Of a stretch of DNA of 64,000 nucleotides, positions 37,372-45,353 are shown in pieces. Position 1 is the stretch's first letter; each line of letters opens with the position of its first letter. Under the pieces are notes generated by a model. That model was not told the origin of the DNA. It searched no databases and worked only from the letters and a program-made list of their open reading frames with translations. The DNA comes from an uncultured Marinoscillum sp. (GTDB lineage: Bacteria; Bacteroidota; Bacteroidia; Cytophagales; MED-G16): contig CAYXSW010000001.1 in NCBI GenBank assembly GCA_964467915.1, positions 70,597 to 134,596 on the forward strand, in the 5' to 3' direction. A program made the translations under genes and the position numbers.

Positions 37372-37875
37372 TTATTTATTATTAATAATATTTAAGGATG
37401 AATTTATTCTGTTAACAAGAGAACCTTCTATTATATAATAGTTTAGTTTTCTTTCTTTCATAGCTGACCTAAATTCTTCATAAATCATATCTCTATTATT
37501 CTGGTTCTCTCTCAATTTGTCATATTCCCAGGGGATATCAGGCTTACACAAAAGATAAATGTCAAACTCTTCTTTTTTTGATAGGCGTAGTATTTTTTTT
37601 TTAACTCTATTAAATTTTATTCTGCTCCAAAGCTCAATGTCTAATATGGACGTGTCAGCTATAATATAATCTCCCCCTCTTTTTATTGCGTCTTCTATTA
37701 TTATGTTTTGTTTTTTAGCTATTATTTCGAGATCAAGAATATTGTAAATTGATTTTTTTTCTAAGTATTCTCTTGCATACTCATCACAGAGTTCGCATTC
37801 TAATGTTTTGGAAAGAGATCGTGCCAAAGTACTTTTTCCTGAAGATTCTGGACCAACTACACTAATCTTGATCAT
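37372..37875 (-). CDS. P-loop ATPase resembling the ribosylnicotinamide-kinase domain of NadR (stand-alone)
   Basis: 167 aa. Walker A VVGPESSGKSTLA (NadR RNK-type GxESSGKS). Overlaps pnuC by 14 nt. Confidence 0.7.
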   Translation of the reverse strand: MIKISVVGPESSGKSTLARSLSKTLECELCDEYAREYLEKKSIYNILDLEIIAKKQNIIIEDAIKRGGDYIIADTSILDIELWSRIKFNRVKKKILRLSKKEEFDIYLLCKPDIPWEYDKLRENQNNRDMIYEEFRSAMKERKLNYYIIEGSLVNRINSSLNIINNK

Positions 37876-38422
37876 TTTCTAACTTTTTTTTCCATTCAAA
37901 ATACCCGGATACAGCTAAAATTAAAAAAACAAAATATTGACCACTAGTAATATAAAGTCCTTTGTATATAAATAGTGGTATATATATAATGTCTGCAATT
38001 ATCCAAAAAATCCAATTCTCTAATTTTCTTCTTGCCAACAGTAGCATAGCCGTTAAACTAAAAGCTGTGGTTATACTATCTAAAAAAACCACATCGCTAT
38101 CTGTCATTTTAAGAATAAAAAATAAGATGATAAAAAAACTGATAAATAAGATTACATAGTTTACGTTTTCTGATTTAGTGTTTTTTGAAATATGTTTTTT
38201 GATTTTAGTGTTTTTGGATGTCCATAATATCCAACCATACACACTCATCACAAAGTAATATAAATTTATACCCGCTTCAGCATATATTTTATTTTCATAT
38301 GTAATAAAAACATAAATTAAAACACTCACTATCCCAGTTGGGAAAACCAGGACGTTATTTTTTCGTGCAAACCATACACTTAATACGCCAGCCGTCGCTG
38401 CAATTATTTCAAGAGTTGACAT
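37862..38422 (-). CDS. pnuC: PnuC-family vitamin (nicotinamide riboside-type) transporter
   Basis: 186 aa, about 7 TM helices. SVWFARKNN, GWILW and NWIFWIIADIIYIPLF motifs of the Pnu family. Confidence 0.85.
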   Translation of the reverse strand: MSTLEIIAATAGVLSVWFARKNNVLVFPTGIVSVLIYVFITYENKIYAEAGINLYYFVMSVYGWILWTSKNTKIKKHISKNTKSENVNYVILFISFFIILFFILKMTDSDVVFLDSITTAFSLTAMLLLARRKLENWIFWIIADIIYIPLFIYKGLYITSGQYFVFLILAVSGYFEWKKKLENDQD

Positions 38423-38464
38423 TTAATAATATAAAAAGAATTTTTTAACTCAAGTATAATACAT

Positions 38465-38472
38465 TAGTTTTG
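38465..38472 (+). promoter_or_regulatory. Candidate -7 promoter box TAGTTTTG upstream of guaB
   Basis: Exact TAnnTTTG match 30 nt upstream of the guaB ATG, in the 80-nt divergent intergenic region. Confidence 0.3.
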
Positions 38473-38475
38473 CTT

Positions 38476-38502
38476 GGCAAATAGATAAATCTCTTATTTG
38501 CC
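38476..38502. promoter_or_regulatory. Perfect 8-bp inverted repeat GGCAAATA-N11-TATTTGCC abutting the guaB start codon (5'-UTR hairpin or operator)
   Basis: Read directly from the sequence: arms at 38476-38483 and 38495-38502 are exact reverse complements. The 3' arm ends at the base before ATG 38503. Confidence 0.35.
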
Positions 38503-39963
38503 ATGAAAAACAACACAAAATTTCAAAACGAGGCTTTAACATTTGATGATGTCCTCTTAGTACCTTCTTACTCAGAAATAATTCCAACAGACACGGACGT
38601 TAGGTCTTTATTGACAAGAAATATTAATATTAATATACCTATTGTGTCTGCGTCTATGGACACAGTTACAGAGTCAAAATTAGCAATTGCTATTGCCTTG
38701 AAAGGTGGCATGGGAATAGTACACAAGAACATGAGTATTAAAAAACAAGCCGAGGAAGTTAGGAGAGTTAAAAGATCTCAAAGCGGTATGATTAAAGACC
38801 CAATCACTATGGATAAAAACTCTAATGTTAAAGACGCATTATCTATAATGAAAAAACATCAGATTGGAGGAATTCCTATTATCAATGCTTCAAATGAGTT
38901 AATTGGAATAGTTACCAATAGAGACCTTAGATTTCAAAAAGACAGTTCGATCGAGATTTCTAAGATAATGACAAAGAAGTTGGTAACAGCTAAAGTTGGG
39001 ATTAGTCTTGATAGTGCTGAAAAAATTTTAAAAAAGCATAAAATTGAAAAACTACCTATAGTTGAAGGGAAAAAGTTTGTTGGCTTAATAACATATAAGG
39101 ATATTTTAAAAAACAAATCCATGCCTGATGCTTGTAAAGATTTGCTGGGTAGATTAAGAGTGGGAGCCGCAATTGGTGTTTCTGGGGATTGGGAGGAGAG
39201 GATAGATAAATTAATTGATTCTGGTGTAGATGTTTTATCTATAGACACTGCACACGCTCACTCAAAGTTAGTAATAGAGGTTCTAAAAACCATCAAATCA
39301 AATTACTCGATAGATGTTATCGTTGGTAATATTGCTACGGGAGAAGCGGCAAAAAAACTTGTTGACTCTGGTGCAGATGCGGTTAAGGTTGGTGTGGGCC
39401 CTGGAAGTATCTGCACTACTAGAATTATAGCTGGAGTAGGTATGCCTCAACTCTCGGCAATATATGATGTTTCTAAAAAAATTATAGGTTCGGGGGTGCC
39501 CGTAATAGCTGATGGGGGAATTAGATTTTCTGGAGATGTTGTGAAGGCTCTAGCAGCTGGAGCAAATTCAGTTATGATAGGTTCATTATTGGCTGGTACA
39601 GAAGAGACCCCTGGCGATATAATTTTATATGAGGGTAGAAAATACAAGGCTTATAGAGGAATGGGATCAGTAGAAGCCATGGAAGCAGGAACAAAAGACA
39701 GGTATTTTCAGCAAAATGAAAATGATCCAAAGAAATTAGTTCCTGAAGGAATTGTTGGCAGGGTTCCATATAAGGGGGATGTTTCGGAAGTCATTTATCA
39801 AATTACAGGTGGTTTAAGAGCAGGAATGGGTTATGTGGGGGCAAAAAATATATCAAAGCTTCAACAAGCTAATTTTGTAAGGATAACAAATGCGGGTTCA
39901 ATAGAGGGTCATCCTCACGACGTATTTATTACAAGAGAGTCTCCAAATTATTCAAAAAAATAA
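38503..39963 (+). CDS. guaB: IMP dehydrogenase
   Basis: TIM barrel with an inserted CBS pair. Catalytic loop [23 protein letters not shown] and YRGMGS motifs. Confidence 0.95.
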   Translation: MKNNTKFQNEALTFDDVLLVPSYSEIIPTDTDVRSLLTRNININIPIVSASMDTVTESKLAIAIALKGGMGIVHKNMSIKKQAEEVRRVKRSQSGMIKDPITMDKNSNVKDALSIMKKHQIGGIPIINASNELIGIVTNRDLRFQKDSSIEISKIMTKKLVTAKVGISLDSAEKILKKHKIEKLPIVEGKKFVGLITYKDILKNKSMPDACKDLLGRLRVGAAIGVSGDWEERIDKLIDSGVDVLSIDTAHAHSKLVIEVLKTIKSNYSIDVIVGNIATGEAAKKLVDSGADAVKVGVGPGSICTTRIIAGVGMPQLSAIYDVSKKIIGSGVPVIADGGIRFSGDVVKALAAGANSVMIGSLLAGTEETPGDIILYEGRKYKAYRGMGSVEAMEAGTKDRYFQQNENDPKKLVPEGIVGRVPYKGDVSEVIYQITGGLRAGMGYVGAKNISKLQQANFVRITNAGSIEGHPHDVFITRESPNYSKK

Positions 39964-39975
39964 TTTATTCTTTTA

Positions 39976-39983
39976 TACTTTTG
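39976..39983 (+). promoter_or_regulatory. Candidate -7 promoter box TACTTTTG only 4 nt upstream of the PP2C-phosphatase ATG
   Basis: Exact TAnnTTTG match inside the 24-nt guaB/phosphatase spacer. Confidence 0.35.
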
Positions 39984-39987
39984 AAGG

Positions 39988-41535
39988 ATGACCGCTAGAA
40001 TTAACCCGAATGTTTATTTAACAACCGGAACTTTATTTTGGGTTCTGTTTTCATTTTTTCATATAACACTTTTATTTGAAGACCAAGCGGGTTATTCTCC
40101 AGCCTATAGACTTATATACCTTGTCATGTTAGGTTCATTTATATTATCATTTTATAAATACTACGACTTAGTTTTTCCTAAGATTAGTAGAAAGATAATA
40201 TTCAACAATTTTTTTAAACTTTTTATATATAGCCTCAAGGCAATTTTTCCTGTCGTTTTAATATATGTTTTGTATTTTTTTAGAGTAGGAGAAAATTTTA
40301 TTTATTCTCAAATTTTTTCAAACCTAATAAATGAATTTGTTACAGGAATATCCTTATTATTTCTAATTATAAATTTCATTTTTTTTAAGAGGCTCATATT
40401 GTTTGAATCTACTTCAATTATGAAATCTATTTTTTTGATCTTTAAATATGGAGCCGCTCTTGTTTTTATTTTTGATATAATTTATAATTTTTATCCCTCA
40501 GTTTTTTATCAATATTTATTTGGCGCTTTGTTTTTGTTAGGTGGTATTTTGTTTTATAATCAGAAGTGGATTGCTTATTTACATTTTGATCAGAAATGGA
40601 AAACAATTCTAATATGCTTCTTTCTATTAGCATCTAATATAGTAATATATCAATTTTTTTCTTTAAATAATGAGTTTTTCATTCCACGCTTTGATATTCA
40701 GAATTTACTTTTTTTTGTGTTATTGATAGGTTTTAATTTTAGTTACTTATCCATATCTGTTCTCATTAACATTTTTAATTTACCAACTTCTCCTGTTTTT
40801 GATGACATTCAAAATGAAAGATATATTGCAAGAAGGGTTCAAGAAAACTTAATTCCCAGCTCACTTCCAAATTCTAAAAAATTAAAAATCACATCTTCAT
40901 ATATGCCACATTATGCTTTGGGGGGGGATTATTATGATTATATATCTTTAGGTGATAATAAATTTTTAATTTGTATTGCTGATGTTTCAGGCAAGGGTAT
41001 TCCTGCAGCCTTATTAATGTCCAACGTTCAGGCCTCTCTTAGAACAATGGCAAGGCACTCTCAAAATTTAAAAAAAATTGTTAAAGAATTAAACTTTCAA
41101 ATTAATTTAAGGGGCTTAAGCGAAAGGTTTGTAAGTATCTTTATTTGTGTGTATGATTTTAAGTCAAAAATTTTAGAATATGTTAATTGTGGACATCCTC
41201 ATCCCATAATTTATTATGATAATAAAGTGGACTCTTTAGATAAAGGCTCAACCGTGTTGGGAATGTTTACTAAATTACCAAAGCTTAATGTTTCAAAAAT
41301 TAAAATAAAAACAAACTTTAATATTTTCTGCTATACTGATGGGCTGACAGAAACGCAAAACGATTTTGGTGAATTTTATGGTTATAAAAGATTATTGAAG
41401 TTATTTTCAGATTCTAAAAACAGACCTCAAAAGTTTATAAAGTCTGTGATTGCAGATCTTAATGACTTCAGGGGAAATAATTTAACTGATGACGATATAA
41501 CTCTTTTGATGACTAAAGTAAAAAATGAAAAATAA
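39988..41535 (+). CDS. Membrane-bound PP2C/SpoIIE-family serine phosphatase with large polytopic N-terminal domain
   Basis: About 8 N-terminal TM helices, then the SpoIIE-type region ...GGDYYDYI...LICIADVSGKGIPAALLMS...CGHPHP...YTDGLTE. Confidence 0.8.
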   Translation: MTARINPNVYLTTGTLFWVLFSFFHITLLFEDQAGYSPAYRLIYLVMLGSFILSFYKYYDLVFPKISRKIIFNNFFKLFIYSLKAIFPVVLIYVLYFFRVGENFIYSQIFSNLINEFVTGISLLFLIINFIFFKRLILFESTSIMKSIFLIFKYGAALVFIFDIIYNFYPSVFYQYLFGALFLLGGILFYNQKWIAYLHFDQKWKTILICFFLLASNIVIYQFFSLNNEFFIPRFDIQNLLFFVLLIGFNFSYLSISVLINIFNLPTSPVFDDIQNERYIARRVQENLIPSSLPNSKKLKITSSYMPHYALGGDYYDYISLGDNKFLICIADVSGKGIPAALLMSNVQASLRTMARHSQNLKKIVKELNFQINLRGLSERFVSIFICVYDFKSKILEYVNCGHPHPIIYYDNKVDSLDKGSTVLGMFTKLPKLNVSKIKIKTNFNIFCYTDGLTETQNDFGEFYGYKRLLKLFSDSKNRPQKFIKSVIADLNDFRGNNLTDDDITLLMTKVKNEK

Positions 41536-42361
41536 CATCTTTATAGTGCTTATTGGGTTCTTGAGCTCTTGTGACTTGCTACTTAATCAAAACACAGAAC
41601 AGAAAGGAGTAATTGCAAAAGTTGGAGATGCTTACTTATACAATGATGATATAATATATAACTCTTCTCTTGGAGATAGTGCCATTATGTATAGAAGTCA
41701 AATGAATGCATGGATAAAAAAACAACTTCTTTTAAATTCTGCTTTTCAGAATGAAAGTGTTATGAATCAAATTGACAGAAAGGTTGAGGATTATAAAGAA
41801 AGCTTAATACTATTTGAGTTTGAAAAATATTTATATGCCACGTCTATAGGGTTCAAAATATCAGATGATGAAATATCAAAATATTATAATGACAATAAAG
41901 ACGATTTTATTTTGCCTTTTAATTTAATTAAAGCTATTTACGCTAAAGTTCCTTTAGACGCCCCTTCTTTAAGTGTTTTTAGAAATAATTTAAAGAAATA
42001 TCCAAATGCTGATACCGCTGAAGTTATTTCCTATTGTTTTCAGTTTGCTGAAAAATCTTTTTTAGAGGATACAACATGGATTAAGTTTGATGACATTATA
42101 TTGAACTTACCTTTTCCTCAAAATTTAGACAAGTCTGTCTTTTTAAAAAACAGAACGTTTTATGAAATAAGAGAAGGTGATTTCATACACTTTATAAGAA
42201 TATTAGACAAAAAATTAATAGGGGATTATTCCCCCCTTTCTTTTGAGGAAGATATAGTCAATACAATCTTATTAAATAATAGAAAACAAGAATTATTTGA
42301 TAACTTGCGGGATAGTATTTTTAACAACTCTGTCAGAGGTGTAGATTATGAAATATATTAA
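41525..42361 (+). CDS. Lipoprotein with SurA-N-like chaperone region / degenerate PPIase
   Basis: Lipobox GFLSSC. ISDDEISKYYNDNKDDF resembles the chaperone-domain region of SurA/PpiD-type proteins. Directly precedes a SurA-like PPIase. The assignment is weak. Confidence 0.45.
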   Translation: MKNNIFIVLIGFLSSCDLLLNQNTEQKGVIAKVGDAYLYNDDIIYNSSLGDSAIMYRSQMNAWIKKQLLLNSAFQNESVMNQIDRKVEDYKESLILFEFEKYLYATSIGFKISDDEISKYYNDNKDDFILPFNLIKAIYAKVPLDAPSLSVFRNNLKKYPNADTAEVISYCFQFAEKSFLEDTTWIKFDDIILNLPFPQNLDKSVFLKNRTFYEIREGDFIHFIRILDKKLIGDYSPLSFEEDIVNTILLNNRKQELFDNLRDSIFNNSVRGVDYEIY

Positions 42362-43691
42362 AGTAACATATCTCTATTTTTTAATTATTATTTTATCATA
42401 TTCTTTTAAGGGAATTTCTCAAGAAAGCACAGGCGTTATTGTTGATGAAATAATTGGAAGGGTTGATGATTATATTGTTTTACGATCAGAACTAGAGAGC
42501 ACATACCTAGATATATTGTCAAGAGGAGAGAGAATTTCAGGTAACACAAAATGCGGTGTTTTAAAAGATTTAATTACTAATAAACTCTTAGTTGCAAAAG
42601 CAGAAATAGATTCTATTATGGTTGAAGATAATCAAGTCGACCAAGAGTTAAACTCTAGAATGGCCTTAATCATAAACCAGGTTGGGTCCGAAGATGAAAT
42701 TGAGAAATATTATAATAAAACTATAGCCGAATTTAAAAAAGAACTCTTTGACGATATAAAAGAACAACTAATTGTTAGGAAGATGCGTCAAGAAATTCTA
42801 GCTGATATTGCCGTGAGCCCAGAAGAGGTAAAAGACTTTTATGAGAGTGTGCCAAGAGACAGCCTGCCTTACTTCTCCACTCAAGTTAAAGTTTCACAAA
42901 TAGTTAAGGTCCCTGAAGTTGGTAAAGAACAAAAGGATAAGGTAAGAGGAGAATTACTTGAAATTAGAGATAAAATTATGAACGGGGAAAGTTTTGAAAT
43001 TTTAGCTACTCTTTATAGTCAAGATCCAGGAAGTGCTCAGAATGGAGGGAATTTAGGTTTTGTTGGAAGAGGCATGTTTCAGCCAGAGTTTGAGGCTGCT
43101 GTTTTCAAACTAAAAGAAGGAGAAGTATCTATGCCTGTGGAGACGGAGTTTGGATTTCATCTAATTCAATTGATAGAAAAAAGAGGAAATTTATTTAACT
43201 CTAGACATATACTTTTACAACCTGAGTTTTCGGATTCAGATATTAAGAGAACTAAAGATTTTTTAGATAGTTTGAAGGGTTTGGCTTACTCAGATTCTGT
43301 TACCTTTGAAGAGCTTGCTCGTGAATATTCTGATGATAAGTTCACTTCTTCTTTTGGTGGATACTTTACTGATGCAATGGGTTCTGAAAATGTCCTAGTA
43401 GAAGAGTTGGACCCGGTAATATTTTTTACAATTGACACTATGGATGTTGGCCAGATATCTATTCCTTTTGAGAGCAGAACAGATGACGGTAAAATTGCGT
43501 ACAAATTAATTTTTTTTAAAGAGAAAATTCCACCACACCTTGGGAATCTTGAAGAAGATTATCAGAGATTTAGAAATTTTACCCTAAACAGGAAACAAGT
43601 TGTTGAGTTAGATGAATGGTTTGAGAAGGCAAGGAAGGAAGTCTTCATTAATATTGATCCAGAGTATAATTCTTGTAATATTGTTAACTGA
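42348..43691 (+). CDS. SurA-like periplasmic chaperone / parvulin-type peptidyl-prolyl isomerase
   Basis: Signal peptide, SurA N-terminal domain, and a parvulin domain (GGNLGFVGRGMFQPEFEAAVFKLKEGEVSMPVETEFGFHLIQL). Confidence 0.8.
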   Translation: MKYIKVTYLYFLIIILSYSFKGISQESTGVIVDEIIGRVDDYIVLRSELESTYLDILSRGERISGNTKCGVLKDLITNKLLVAKAEIDSIMVEDNQVDQELNSRMALIINQVGSEDEIEKYYNKTIAEFKKELFDDIKEQLIVRKMRQEILADIAVSPEEVKDFYESVPRDSLPYFSTQVKVSQIVKVPEVGKEQKDKVRGELLEIRDKIMNGESFEILATLYSQDPGSAQNGGNLGFVGRGMFQPEFEAAVFKLKEGEVSMPVETEFGFHLIQLIEKRGNLFNSRHILLQPEFSDSDIKRTKDFLDSLKGLAYSDSVTFEELAREYSDDKFTSSFGGYFTDAMGSENVLVEELDPVIFFTIDTMDVGQISIPFESRTDDGKIAYKLIFFKEKIPPHLGNLEEDYQRFRNFTLNRKQVVELDEWFEKARKEVFINIDPEYNSCNIVN

Positions 43692-44140
43692 TGAAATCTT
43701 ATTTCATTTTATTCTTTTTTACTACTAATGTTTTTTCTCAAGATCTGACGTATAAACAAATTAAAGAGTGGAATAATTCAGACTATTTTGCAGAGACAAT
43801 GTTTGAAAACTATTGGAGTGTTAACCAAAGTGGAAAATTTTTTATTAAGGCCACCCACTCTGAATTAGGAGAAATTTATTATTATAAAGAGGATACACCT
43901 CAACATGTAGCTAATACTTTTGAGGTTAGGCTTTTCGATAAGACATTGATGATGGAAATTCGAAAAGAAATTCTAGAGGAATGTGGTTTTCTAAGAAGGT
44001 TTAAGCTTGAAGAAAATGTGTATTCTTTCTATGATTGTAAAGACAAGAAATACTTTGGGGTTATTGGTATTGGTATTATTTCTGATGAAAATGGAAATGA
44101 CATCTATTCTATTCTTAATAAAGAATCTTTCATAGATTAG
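43691..44140 (+). CDS. Hypothetical secreted 149-aa protein
   Basis: N-terminal signal-like segment (YFILFFFTTNVFSQ). Its start overlaps the SurA stop by 1 nt. No recognisable domain. Confidence 0.5.
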   Translation: MKSYFILFFFTTNVFSQDLTYKQIKEWNNSDYFAETMFENYWSVNQSGKFFIKATHSELGEIYYYKEDTPQHVANTFEVRLFDKTLMMEIRKEILEECGFLRRFKLEENVYSFYDCKDKKYFGVIGIGIISDENGNDIYSILNKESFID

Positions 44141-45353
44141 AGTCTGCTGACGCTATAGAGTATATCCCGTCTTGTATTGCTACACTTGAAAATGTTATAA
44201 CATCACCAGAAGCACTGTCCCCTGTTTCTACTTCAGAGAAAGTACAGAATTCACACGTCTTAAAAAGAAGCTTGTAATTTGACGCTGCACTTATCGATCC
44301 GCTGTGACCTGTGGCCTCACTGATATCTATCTTAATGTCCGCTGTCACTGTCCCCTTTTCATCACAGTTCCACTCTCTTTTAGATCTCTTTGATATTCCA
44401 GACAAACTTGATGAAGTTGTCCCGGTGTCATCGTTGTTATTTCCAAAAACAACAAAGTTCGCTTCTGCTAAGGCAGAACTCACACTCATAGATAATCCAT
44501 CAGAAGCTTCGCTGTCAGAGGTTCCAGTGTGTTCCCAAAATCCTTCTACATCAGTTTGATATGAGTTTAACAAATCACCCAAAGGAGCATTTGAGGTAAC
44601 CCAATCACTGTCATTCATATTAACCATTGTCCCTGAGTTAGAATTTGAGCTATTATCAGTAACGGTAGTACCTGATCCATTTGTCATTTTATAGTAAGCT
44701 ACAAGACCATTTTCATTTCCGGAAAGCTCTTTAAACATATTTGACTTTATCTCTGAGGGTGTTCTTTTATCATTCCAAATTCTAACCTCATCTAACTCTC
44801 CATTGATTGTTCTTACCGATTTACCAATAATATTCCAATATAGTATAGCTCCATTTGCCAAAGGGCCTCTACTAAAAGTAGTTCCTAAATTTTCGCCATT
44901 AATATATACTGTAACAAGATTATTCTCATAAGTCCATGCTACATGCTCCCATTTTCCTATATCAAGATTTGCTTTCGTGTCGTTTATATAATAGTCTTTG
45001 ACACCATATTTTGTTATTCCAACTTTATAAATATTATTCCACTGGCCAAGTCTTAGTGCCCAAGTACCGCTATTATTAGAATTTTGACTGTTAGTTAAGT
45101 TTATTGCTGACTGATTGCCGGCTTTTTTGTACCATACTTCAAATGACCAAGCAGTTGATATTGTCCCACCATTTGTAACTAAATGGTCGTTTGACCCATC
45201 AAAGTTTAACGAATAATTTGTAGATGCGTTTTCTTTTTTATTATGAAATCCGTGCAGTGAAGGTAAGGTTTGTGATTGTGAGTTTGTATAGAGAAAAACT
45301 AAAATTAACAATCTAATGAACACCCCTAAACTGCTTAAGAAATCTTTTATCAT
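44130..45353 (-). CDS. Secreted LamG-like (concanavalin-A-type lectin/glucanase fold) domain protein
   Basis: Signal peptide, then the Laminin_G_3-type pattern FDGSNDHLV...WSFEVW...GKWEHVAWTY...VYINGE...ELDEVRIWN..RT..EI. Ser/Thr/Gly-rich C-terminal half. Confidence 0.7.
   Translation of the reverse strand: MIKDFLSSLGVFIRLLILVFLYTNSQSQTLPSLHGFHNKKENASTNYSLNFDGSNDHLVTNGGTISTAWSFEVWYKKAGNQSAINLTNSQNSNNSGTWALRLGQWNNIYKVGITKYGVKDYYINDTKANLDIGKWEHVAWTYENNLVTVYINGENLGTTFSRGPLANGAILYWNIIGKSVRTINGELDEVRIWNDKRTPSEIKSNMFKELSGNENGLVAYYKMTNGSGTTVTDNSSNSNSGTMVNMNDSDWVTSNAPLGDLLNSYQTDVEGFWEHTGTSDSEASDGLSMSVSSALAEANFVVFGNNNDDTGTTSSSLSGISKRSKREWNCDEKGTVTADIKIDISEATGHSGSISAASNYKLLFKTCEFCTFSEVETGDSASGDVITFSSVAIQDGIYSIASADSNL

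Noticed and set aside
39984-39987. An AAGG immediately before ATG 39988 looked like a Shine-Dalgarno sequence.
   Set aside because: It is too close to the start codon (0-1 nt spacing) to function as an SD. No other gene in the window has an SD-like leader, consistent with Bacteroidota.
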